From a virus: DNA of 64,000 nucleotides. The stretch's first letter is position 1; the number at the start of each line of letters is the position of its first letter. The notes beneath the pieces are model-generated. The model had not been told where the DNA came from and searched no databases. It worked only from the letters and a program-made list of their open reading frames with translations. Location: positions 1 to 64,000 of IMG/VR virus record IMGVR_UViG_3300027973_000030; one strand, 5' to 3'. Shown in pieces: positions 36,728 to 45,288 of this stretch. Position numbers and translations under genes: made by a program.

Positions 36728-37864
36728 ATGTCTAAAGTAAAATCAATTACAAAAAAGTCTACGCAGGAAGTAAGAACTATTGATACATCATTAATCAATA
36801 AAGAAGAAGTATTTAAAATGCTAGCTCTAGCAGAATCTACAGGTTTACCCTGTTTATTAGTAGGTGCACCTGGCGTAGCTAAAACTAAAACAGTATTGGA
36901 TTATGCAAAAGCTTGGTTAAACAGAGATGGTAATATGACTGCACAAGACTTTGCTAATAAAATCTATATATTAGAGACTGATGAAGGTACTAAAGCATCA
37001 GAGATCAAAGGTATGCCTGATTTAGGTAAGTTATTTACTGAAAATATCTATGATCTTAATACACCAATTGCTGAAGCAGAGATTGTTATCATTAATGAGG
37101 TAGACAAAGCATCTTCAGCTATACGTAATGCTATGTTAGGTGTAATGAACGAGAAGTTCTTATTCAACGGTAAGCACAAAATCCCATGTAAGTGGAAGTT
37201 ATTCATTGCTACATGTAATGAAATACCGAAAGATGAGATTGGATCTCCTTTCTGGGATAGATTTATGTTAAAGCATACTGTTAACCGTGTATCTGCAGGT
37301 GAACTAGTTAAGTATTTTAACAAAGGGGCCCGTAACTACAAAGAAAAGTTTACAATTGGTATACCATCTAAAACTGAAATAGAGTCTTTAGAAGTACCAG
37401 TTAATAAGTTAGAAAAATATCTTGAGGTGGGTTACCAAAACAGTTCAGATCGTACGTTAACTTTCGTACCTAGTCTAACTAAAGCGGTATCATACATCTG
37501 GGACATTAGTATAGATAAAGCACTTGTGAAAACAGCACAAATTATGATTGGACAATCAGCAGGTTCTGAATTACAGAACAAGTTGATGTCTCCAGAAGTT
37601 AAAGCTGTTATGAGCAAAGTGGAAATGTTACATTCTCACAGTTCTAATGAGCAGTTAGAATTAGCTATTGCTGAAATAGAGAGCTTAATCAATACTTACA
37701 CTTCTCGTGGTATCATGGATGAAGGACAAGTAGAAGAAATAGAACTTTCTATGCAGTATATATTACAGAATCACCCTGCTCGTGTAGATAACCAAGGTTC
37801 AGAAGACTTTGAAGCTATGATGTCTGAATCTGAAGTAGAACAAGCCTCTGTTCAAGCTTTTTAA
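36728..37864 (+). CDS. MoxR/RavA-like AAA+ ATPase (probable start MSKVKS)
   Basis: Walker A GAPGVAKT, Walker B-like IINEVDKA, ATCNE and WDRF; followed by a vWA gene. Confidence 0.85.
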   Translation: MSKVKSITKKSTQEVRTIDTSLINKEEVFKMLALAESTGLPCLLVGAPGVAKTKTVLDYAKAWLNRDGNMTAQDFANKIYILETDEGTKASEIKGMPDLGKLFTENIYDLNTPIAEAEIVIINEVDKASSAIRNAMLGVMNEKFLFNGKHKIPCKWKLFIATCNEIPKDEIGSPFWDRFMLKHTVNRVSAGELVKYFNKGARNYKEKFTIGIPSKTEIESLEVPVNKLEKYLEVGYQNSSDRTLTFVPSLTKAVSYIWDISIDKALVKTAQIMIGQSAGSELQNKLMSPEVKAVMSKVEMLHSHSSNEQLELAIAEIESLINTYTSRGIMDEGQVEEIELSMQYILQNHPARVDNQGSEDFEAMMSESEVEQASVQAF

Positions 37865-37932
37865 CACAGGGTTATAGATTGATAGCCAATAACTTTTATT
37901 GGAAAGATTCAAATTTATATAAATACAATGAA

Positions 37933-37981
37933 CTCACTAGCAAGATGGACTTATTTTGTTCATCTGCTGGTGAGCTTTTTT
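37933..37981 (+). terminator. Hairpin / intrinsic terminator between MoxR and vWA genes
   Basis: CTCACTAGCAAGATGGAC...GTTCATCTGCTGGTGAG plus T-run. Confidence 0.65.
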
Positions 37982-38008
37982 AATTTATAATCCTTAAAAT
38001 AAATTAAC

Positions 38009-39526
38009 ATGGCACTGAAAAGTCTCAGTACAGGAAAGCAGTATAAGAATGTTTATACCATCCTAGAAAAAGTAAAGAAAGGAGAGATACAATCTCACTA
38101 TAAAGATACAGAAGGATTATTTGGTAAGCTTAACTTCTATAAAAAAGGAGATCTTATCAAACCTCACATGCATTATATAGATGAAGATAAACTTAGCTCA
38201 ATAGTAAGAGCTCATATTAATGATCCACAAGGAGTTAATACCGACTATAATAAATTTCAAAGAAGTGCTAGTTTTAATAAAATATCTGACGATAGAAAGC
38301 CTGATTTCCGTGCATTTTCTGAGAAATTAATAGAAACTTATAATAAGTTTCCTAAACATCTTAAGAATGACATCTTTAAGATGTTCTATCATAAAATGGA
38401 TAGACTAGACTTTGAAGAGCGTACAGATAAAAATTACGGTCAGTACAAATTTTTAGAAAGAGCTAACAATCCTGTTTCTAAAATTATGACAGAAACAAGT
38501 AATCTTAAGTCTTCAATTTTTGCAAGAAACTTAATGAGATATTTTGCTATGCAGCTAACTATGATGGAATATGTAGATCCAGATGCAGCAAAACAAATAA
38601 TGAATGGTCTTAATGGTAGTTCTGAGTTTGATAATGAAGACTTAGATAAATTAATGAAAGACATGCTTGATAATAAACTATCTAAAAATATGTTAGATGA
38701 TGCTGTAAAAGATGCAACAGAAACATGTAAATCTTTGGATGAAAGTATGCCTAAAGATATACAAGATAGCTTGTTTGAAAACATAAAAGATGGCGGTGGA
38801 GCTTCTAAAATAGGACCTGAGTATCTAAAACAGGTGGCTGAAGACATTAGACGTATTAATCTCTCTTTAGGTTCATTAAAAGAAAAGATTAAAAAACTTA
38901 TGGACAAATCCACGTCATACTTTAGTGCTAAAAAAGAGACTATATATGAAGACTTATTTAATTCTGATAATATATCAGCGTTAGATGATTATGTATTCTT
39001 ACATCCAAAGCTTAGAAAAGTAATGATAGAAGATATCATTATTAAAGACACTAAAGCTATAGGTAAGATTGATATATACATAGACATTTCAGGATCAATG
39101 TCTGGTAACTGTGGAGTAAAAGATAAAGATGGAAATAATATAGATAAGCTAGATTTCTGTAAAGCTTTTGCACTTAAGTTACAAGAACTAGATTTGTTAA
39201 ATAAAATCTACGTATTTAATGATCGTGTAAGAAGTTTAAAAACAGATATATTTACAATAGCTGCTTTAGGTACATCAGGCGGTACGTGCATAAACAATGT
39301 GGTTGAACATATCAATCAACATAGTACTAATGCATTAGTAGTGACAGATGCTGAAGACAGATGTCGTATATATTCCGACAAAGCTTTCTTTATAGGTATT
39401 AACGGTGCTAGATTTGATTACTTTAATGAATCAGTTATGCAACAATACTCTGATGCAGGTCAAGCAGTAGTCTTTGATGGTAGTAAAATCTATAAAGTAG
39501 ATAAAAAAGGTGAAGTTATAGGTTAA
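38009..39526 (+). CDS. vWA-domain protein, ViaA-like MoxR partner (505 aa)
   Basis: MIDAS IDISGSMS, GGT and VVTDAED. Confidence 0.85.
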   Translation: MALKSLSTGKQYKNVYTILEKVKKGEIQSHYKDTEGLFGKLNFYKKGDLIKPHMHYIDEDKLSSIVRAHINDPQGVNTDYNKFQRSASFNKISDDRKPDFRAFSEKLIETYNKFPKHLKNDIFKMFYHKMDRLDFEERTDKNYGQYKFLERANNPVSKIMTETSNLKSSIFARNLMRYFAMQLTMMEYVDPDAAKQIMNGLNGSSEFDNEDLDKLMKDMLDNKLSKNMLDDAVKDATETCKSLDESMPKDIQDSLFENIKDGGGASKIGPEYLKQVAEDIRRINLSLGSLKEKIKKLMDKSTSYFSAKKETIYEDLFNSDNISALDDYVFLHPKLRKVMIEDIIIKDTKAIGKIDIYIDISGSMSGNCGVKDKDGNNIDKLDFCKAFALKLQELDLLNKIYVFNDRVRSLKTDIFTIAALGTSGGTCINNVVEHINQHSTNALVVTDAEDRCRIYSDKAFFIGINGARFDYFNESVMQQYSDAGQAVVFDGSKIYKVDKKGEVIG

Positions 39527-40862
39527 TCTTAGATCCTATAACAGCAAAATATAACATGGGAACCTCGGGATTAGTAGAAATACTAGTCTTGAGTCCTATG
39601 TTTAACTTAAATCTCTTAGTAAAAGAGTAATCAAAACCAAAACCTGTAAGTATACCCATATCTGAAGACTCAGTAAAACTACCTTCTTTAGTAAGATATA
39701 TTAAAGGACTACCTGATAAATATATATCAGGAGATATAGATAACCGTTTACTTAGTGTAAATGGTTTAGTGTAGAATAATAAAATAGAACTAGTTAAACT
39801 AATTTGACTAGATGCATCTATCATTGGGTCCGGCTGGTACGCTGCTTCAGCAAAACTCAAAGTGTAATTGACACCAGTTACACCCCATTTTCCTAATGGT
39901 TTTATGTAAGCATATGTACCAAAACCAAACTTTGTACCGAAAGCATAAGCTGCTGTAAAACCAAAGTTAGATATACCTTGGAGTTTACCTTCATCAAAAT
40001 GCATTAAAGTATATCTAGAACTAATAGCAAACTGTTGTAGATTGCTCCACACCATACCGGTTACTCCCCAGGAAGATTGTCCAGTCATAGAAGACTGTGA
40101 TATCCCACCGGTCATAATAATACTGAAACTATTATCTAGACTTTGCCCACCAGTAAAGTCAGAGTTAAATAATATAGGATTTACTTTAGCAGGTCCCTTA
40201 GCGGCAGCTTTAGATTTAGATCCCCCAGATTTAGATGATGAACTTTTTGATTCAGATTTAGACTCAGACTTAGATTCTGAGCTACTTGATGAAGACTCTG
40301 ATTTAGAATCTGATGATGAAGAAGAACTTTCCCCGCTAGAGCTACTACTGCTAGACTCTGAGCTCGATCCTTGAGAATTGCTTGAACTAGAAGCAGAGCT
40401 ACTAGCTGAGGAAGACGCAGAAGAACTTGCAGATGAAGCAGCACTACTAGAAGCTGATGAGGCGGCTGAACTTGCTGCTGATGAAGCTGCACTAGCCGCA
40501 GCAGAAGAAGCTGCCGTAGAAGCAGCCGCAGAGGCTGCAGCACTTACTGCAGCAGAAACAGCACTGGCTGTAATCTGAGTACTAGTAGCTGTAGCTTGAG
40601 CAACAGAACAGGGAGATAACTTTCTATAATCTTCATAAACTTGATTGAGCCAACTATTAAAAGCCCCGCTCCTAACATCAGCAGACGTAAAGACTCTAGA
40701 CTTATTGTAAAAAACAATAACAGTACTACCAGTGATAGGGATAACAAACGTAGAGACCACTTTTGTACAAGGGTCAACAAATGTCTGTACAAGAGTTTGA
40801 GAGTATCCATAAAATGGTAGGATTACTACTAAAAATAGTAAAAATATAAACCGTTTCATCAT
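39516..40862 (-). CDS. Secreted/outer-membrane beta-barrel-like protein with Ser/Ala-rich linker (448 aa)
   Basis: Signal peptide ending YSQ; ~125-aa SA/SE low-complexity linker; C-terminal alternating aromatic beta-strands. Confidence 0.65.
   Translation of the reverse strand: MMKRFIFLLFLVVILPFYGYSQTLVQTFVDPCTKVVSTFVIPITGSTVIVFYNKSRVFTSADVRSGAFNSWLNQVYEDYRKLSPCSVAQATATSTQITASAVSAAVSAAASAAASTAASSAAASAASSAASSAASSASSSAASSASSSASSSASSSASSSSNSQGSSSESSSSSSSGESSSSSSDSKSESSSSSSESKSESKSESKSSSSKSGGSKSKAAAKGPAKVNPILFNSDFTGGQSLDNSFSIIMTGGISQSSMTGQSSWGVTGMVWSNLQQFAISSRYTLMHFDEGKLQGISNFGFTAAYAFGTKFGFGTYAYIKPLGKWGVTGVNYTLSFAEAAYQPDPMIDASSQISLTSSILLFYTKPFTLSKRLSISPDIYLSGSPLIYLTKEGSFTESSDMGILTGFGFDYSFTKRFKLNIGLKTSISTNPEVPMLYFAVIGSKINL
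40213..40600 (-). repeat. Low-complexity coding repeat (SSAA/SSAS then SESK units)
   Basis: Imperfect 12-nt periodicity encoding ASSAASSAASSASS...SESKSESKSESK. Confidence 0.85.
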
Positions 40863-41590
40863 TTAGTGAAGATTGCTTTCTTCACCATTCTATCTAAAAT
40901 ACGAGCACATGCTATATCTAGAGCTTTTTTCGTAGCAATAGAAATAGTAGATTGATTAAATTTTACAGGGTCTAAACTAGCGTCAGATAATCCTGATGTT
41001 TCTTTAGTACTTTTAGCTTCACCCAATCCAGAACCAGATATAATGGTACCCGTTTCAGCGTCAGTGAATCTCACTTGCAAACCGATACGAGTAACCATCA
41101 ACTGTTTTGTATCCCCCTTTATATACACAGATTCGTCTTCTGATATAGAGTAATCATAGCATTCTATAGTAACAAAGTACTTAGCTAGATTAATCTTACC
41201 ACGACCATCTAGTTTATTCTCAGATATCCCGGCAGCGGAAGCTTGAAACTGCTTCACCATACGGTTTTTAATCTCTGTTTTATCCTCAGTAAACTTGAAC
41301 CTATTAAGGTTCTCTAAATATTCCATAGATATGTTAGCTACGCCAAGACCTACACGCTTTTCTTTAAGCTCAGGGTATTGTTCGTACATCTCATCTGATA
41401 TACCACACTTAAGAATTTGTATAGGTATTTGCACACCTTCATAATCCATAAACTGACTAATGTCTATAGCTTTTTCAAAACTAGCTTTATAATTCTCAGT
41501 GGTAGTCTTAGCTATTTGTGAAAAACCAGTATGCCCTATTAAGAGCATACTGGATAGAAACACAAACCAAACAAAATATTTCTTAATCAT
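40859..41590 (-). CDS. CsgG/HfaB-like (curli assembly/transport family) protein (243 aa)
   Basis: Signal peptide; GLGVANI..EYL..LNRFKF.E..., AKYFV...YD..., IGLQVRFTDAETGTII.G.G.G follow the CsgG-family layout. Confidence 0.7.
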   Translation of the reverse strand: MIKKYFVWFVFLSSMLLIGHTGFSQIAKTTTENYKASFEKAIDISQFMDYEGVQIPIQILKCGISDEMYEQYPELKEKRVGLGVANISMEYLENLNRFKFTEDKTEIKNRMVKQFQASAAGISENKLDGRGKINLAKYFVTIECYDYSISEDESVYIKGDTKQLMVTRIGLQVRFTDAETGTIISGSGLGEAKSTKETSGLSDASLDPVKFNQSTISIATKKALDIACARILDRMVKKAIFTK

Positions 41591-41808
41591 GTTTTTAATT
41601 TAGTAGAGTATTTGGTAAGTAACCAATATAGCAGCCAAAAGACCCCTGACAAGCAGTAGAATATGATATCTGTAGCCCAGAAGCTCCCAGTAATATTTAA
41701 GAGAGTCTTGAATAAAAGATCGTATCCTAAAGGTAGGAAGAACATTGCCAGCATTAAGCTGATATCTTTGAGAGAATTCACGCTCCGTAGTCTGTTTCTT
41801 TTGTTCAT
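41587..41808 (-). CDS. Small 2-TM membrane protein (73 aa)
   Basis: LMLAMFFLPLGYD...WATDIIFYCLSGVFWLLYW; 4-nt overlap with the CsgG-like start. Confidence 0.65.
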   Translation of the reverse strand: MNKRNRLRSVNSLKDISLMLAMFFLPLGYDLLFKTLLNITGSFWATDIIFYCLSGVFWLLYWLLTKYSTKLKT

Positions 41809-41832
41809 CAGGATCCATGGGAGTTAATTAAG

Positions 41833-42450
41833 TTAAACAATATCTTTTATCTTGCCACACTTAAGACATTCTAATTCACCGTCTCCATCAGCGTCACCCC
41901 AAACGTGTTCACACTGACGATGTGCAAAATATTCATCAATCTTACCATCACCATCAAAGTCTAGACCGTCCATTGTACCGTCACCGTCTTCATCAATTTC
42001 TACACCTTTCTTAACTGGTACAGCAATTGGTTGTTCTGCTTTAACTTCAGCTTTAGAAGCTTGTGATTGAGCATTAGCTCTATCAGCAGCAGCTAAAAAT
42101 GCAGGATCTACTAAAGGTGTATGATCTTTAGGAGACTCTTTCATATCGTTTGTATGAGATAGAGTTACACCATCTTCTTCATCCATTTTCTGTACTAACA
42201 TTTTATCTTTATCTGTATCAGAGAACCAATAATCAATAATTTTACCATAAGAGCCAATAAAAGCTCCTAGTAACAATAATAATAACTCTTTCCATTCTCC
42301 TGCAATAGCAGTACCGTATGTAATAGCAGTAAAAATACCTGCTATAATAAGCATAAAAGAACCTAATACTAACGCTGTAATAAACCAGCGTCTTTGCATC
42401 ATTTCTCCTAACAGTTGTTTAAATCCACCAGATTCTGTGTTGTTTTGCAT
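41833..42450 (-). CDS. 2-TM membrane protein with DxDGDG Ca-binding loops (205 aa)
   Basis: Two TM helices; DEDGDG, DFDGDG, DADGDG; CEH...CLKC. Confidence 0.7.
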   Translation of the reverse strand: MQNNTESGGFKQLLGEMMQRRWFITALVLGSFMLIIAGIFTAITYGTAIAGEWKELLLLLLGAFIGSYGKIIDYWFSDTDKDKMLVQKMDEEDGVTLSHTNDMKESPKDHTPLVDPAFLAAADRANAQSQASKAEVKAEQPIAVPVKKGVEIDEDGDGTMDGLDFDGDGKIDEYFAHRQCEHVWGDADGDGELECLKCGKIKDIV

Positions 42451-42467
42451 ATATTTATATTAATTGA

Positions 42468-42770
42468 TTACCACTTTGGAGCTTCTTCTTTAAACTCATC
42501 ACCTTCTTTCTTTTTAACAGGAGCCACAGGTTTAGGATCTGCAGCTTTCTGATTAATAATAACAGTTTTACCTCCAGCAGCTTGAGACTGCTGATTAGAG
42601 TTAGTGATGTTAATAACTGGAGCAGGAGCTGGAGCAGCTGCTTTATCTTCTCCTCCACCAAATAAGGTTGAACCTAACCATGCCCCACCAGCTGTTACAA
42701 CTGTAGCTATAGTACCTAATATTGTTTTTTTTAAACTTGAGCCGGTTGACTCTTCTTTTTCTTCTGACAT
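42468..42770 (-). CDS. Single-TM protein with Pro/Ala linker (100 aa)
   Basis: TM ILGTIATVVTAGGAWL followed by APAPAP. Confidence 0.7.
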   Translation of the reverse strand: MSEEKEESTGSSLKKTILGTIATVVTAGGAWLGSTLFGGGEDKAAAPAPAPVINITNSNQQSQAAGGKTVIINQKAADPKPVAPVKKKEGDEFKEEAPKW

Positions 42771-42776
42771 AATATG

Positions 42777-43154
42777 TTATTTTATAATTATTGGATGTTT
42801 AACTTCTTTACCTTTTATATCTATAAAGATAAGATCATAATCTTGCTTAGTCAAGCCAGATAGATCATATACTTTTTTAGTTAATTCTTCTGTAGCAGTA
42901 AAACCCTCTTTCTTAACTGGGTCTTCTTTACCAAATGGTACAATCTGTACAGAATATTTAGCTCCAACTGTTGTCTCAAACTCAGCTGTAATGCTGTTAC
43001 CCACTTGAGTGATAGACTTGATAGCCGTAGACTCGGATTTAACACCTAAATTAATAGGTTCTGGAGCTGGGATATCTATTTTAGTACAAGCATATAAAAT
43101 GACTGTCACTATAATAAGAAGATATACCACTAATAGTTTACTAGTTTCTTTCAT
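42777..43154 (-). CDS. Lipoprotein with T9SS C-terminal-domain-like fold (125 aa)
   Basis: Lipobox ILYA-C; C-terminus YDLSGLTKQDYDLIFIDIKGKEVKHPIIIK. Confidence 0.6.
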   Translation of the reverse strand: MKETSKLLVVYLLIIVTVILYACTKIDIPAPEPINLGVKSESTAIKSITQVGNSITAEFETTVGAKYSVQIVPFGKEDPVKKEGFTATEELTKKVYDLSGLTKQDYDLIFIDIKGKEVKHPIIIK

Positions 43155-43155
43155 T

Positions 43156-45288
43156 TTAAAAATTGTTATAACCGGTTAACTTAATTTGTGTAGAGTTAAG
43201 ATTTATTCCTAACTGATTTCCTTTAGAATCTGCAGCATCCATAAGAGGTGAAACTTTTACAGATGTAACAATGTTTACACCTTCACCAATTGTGCTAAAC
43301 TTAAGTTTAAATGGAGTGTTAGTTCCTTTAATAAACTCAGAGTTATTCTTATCTAAACCTCCAAACTTTACACGTCCATCTTTAGAACTAGCAAATACAT
43401 ACCAAGTGTTTGGTACATTACTTGTAAGCTCTTCAAATTTTATTTTAGCTGGATCAAATGTAAATTCAAACTGTAAACCAGAAACACTAGAAGTTTTAGC
43501 ATCTATATTTACTGGAATCTCAATTGTATTAGAAGTAACTGTTAAGTTATTTAAGTTTACATCAATATAACTAATATCAGCCGTAGAATTCATTGAAGTT
43601 CCTGTAGACTGTGCTTGTATAGACATAGTTTTAAATGCTGAGTTAGTAGCTAAGCTATTTACAGCATTTGTTTGTACAGTTGCTGTACCTGCAGAGCTTG
43701 TAACTACCTGCGAAGAGTGAGATCTGTTTACATCACCCCATAAAAGATATTTAAGGTCTAAGAAGGCATTAGTACCAAGAGTACCTGTTTTAAAATAAGT
43801 CTTAGGATAAGTAATATTCTTCCAGTTAGCTGCAGTGATGGTCCCCCATGAATGGTTAACATCTACATCAAATTCAAATTCTGCTTTTAAAGCATAATCC
43901 ACACCTTGACCATTAATATCACGTATAGAACTTACATATAACGAAGTACCGTCTTTAGCTTTAATAAGTGTTGAAGGTACAGTGTATTGGGCCCAAGTAC
44001 CATCATTAGATACATATTCAACTGGTCCAGTGTATATATCAAATAACTGAACACTTTTAACAGTGCTAGCTACTGAACTACTAGGAAATTCTCTCATATC
44101 AATACGTAATGTACTTGATGTAGAACCAGGAGTTACATATCCCCATTCTGCTTGACCTGCAATAGTTGTAACATCAGATGCTTTCCATGTAGGAAGACTC
44201 ATATAACCACCGCTACCTGAAGTGTAAGTACTAGGTAACATCATTAGCGTATCTAAACCCGCCACTTGTGCAAGAAGTTTAGGAAGATCACCACCATCTA
44301 TTGTTCTACTACGATTAATATCTGCAGCGTATAATGACTGTCCAGTTTTAATACTCTGACCGTTAGATCCGTCCAGTCCCATAGATGTAAATTCACCTTG
44401 AGCTGTAGTAAAATCAGATATAGTGATTGCATTACTATACATAGTATACAATTTATCTAACTCATGCATTACAGTAACCTCATACACTTTATCAGCAGAT
44501 AAAGAAGCTTGATTGATATCAACTTCACCTGTAGACGTAACAGGGAACATCACTCCTGTATTAGTAAGAGTATCTCTAAATGATACTTTTACATTAGATA
44601 TGCTATACAAGTTAGTATTTAAATCTACTTTAGCTGTTACATACTTACCATAGTTTTGGTTCATGATAACTGCTGTAGATAATGGATTTTCCATTGTAGT
44701 ATTATCATATTGACCAGATCCGTTCCATCCAGCAACAAAGTTTAACTTAATAGGATTAAAAGTGTATGCAGTGGAAGCAGCTTTAAGTCTAAACTTAATC
44801 TTAATAAAATCACTATAACCACTATAAGGCATAGCTGATGTAGTAGACCAAGTAAGCGTAGTTCTTAAAATAGCATATGGATTAGTTGTACCATAGTTAT
44901 AATTAGCGTATTGATAGTTAGTAGTACCATTAGTAGTAGTATTAGCTGCATTACCTGTTGCTACAGGAATAAAATTATAACCAGGATAGTTATAATAAGA
45001 AAGGTTAATAGTAGAGTTCTGAGGTAAAATACCACCGTTTCCACCTGTACCTGTGTGATTAACAGATACTAACTCAAAAACATCTCTGTCATATTGTACA
45101 TCAAATAATAACTGACGAGTAGTGGCATTGTTCATACCATTACCATAAATCACATAATCAAAAACGTCTCCTCTATTAAGAGAAGACCCACCTACATAAG
45201 TAGCAGCTTTGAACTTTTGTTGACTATACGAAAATGTCGCAATAAGTACTAAAAGTGTCGTAAAAAATGTCGTAATAAATTTTCTCAT
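43156..45288 (-). CDS. Secreted protein with cohesin-like and dockerin-like domains (710 aa)
   Basis: Signal peptide; N-terminal FDVQYDRDVFELVSV and C-terminal IEIPVNI..VSGLQFEFTFDPAKIKF cohesin-like segments; ADINRSRTIDGGD dockerin/EF-like loop. Confidence 0.65.
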   Translation of the reverse strand: MRKFITTFFTTLLVLIATFSYSQQKFKAATYVGGSSLNRGDVFDYVIYGNGMNNATTRQLLFDVQYDRDVFELVSVNHTGTGGNGGILPQNSTINLSYYNYPGYNFIPVATGNAANTTTNGTTNYQYANYNYGTTNPYAILRTTLTWSTTSAMPYSGYSDFIKIKFRLKAASTAYTFNPIKLNFVAGWNGSGQYDNTTMENPLSTAVIMNQNYGKYVTAKVDLNTNLYSISNVKVSFRDTLTNTGVMFPVTSTGEVDINQASLSADKVYEVTVMHELDKLYTMYSNAITISDFTTAQGEFTSMGLDGSNGQSIKTGQSLYAADINRSRTIDGGDLPKLLAQVAGLDTLMMLPSTYTSGSGGYMSLPTWKASDVTTIAGQAEWGYVTPGSTSSTLRIDMREFPSSSVASTVKSVQLFDIYTGPVEYVSNDGTWAQYTVPSTLIKAKDGTSLYVSSIRDINGQGVDYALKAEFEFDVDVNHSWGTITAANWKNITYPKTYFKTGTLGTNAFLDLKYLLWGDVNRSHSSQVVTSSAGTATVQTNAVNSLATNSAFKTMSIQAQSTGTSMNSTADISYIDVNLNNLTVTSNTIEIPVNIDAKTSSVSGLQFEFTFDPAKIKFEELTSNVPNTWYVFASSKDGRVKFGGLDKNNSEFIKGTNTPFKLKFSTIGEGVNIVTSVKVSPLMDAADSKGNQLGINLNSTQIKLTGYNNF

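Noticed and set aside
40042-40810. Alternative ORFs 40042-40374, 40181-40543, 40378-40578 and 40544-40810
   Set aside because: By-products of the Ser/Ala low-complexity tract and other frames of the 448-aa gene.
41600-42661. ORFs 41600-41818 and 42455-42661
   Set aside because: Same-strand alternative frames overlapping better-supported membrane-protein genes.
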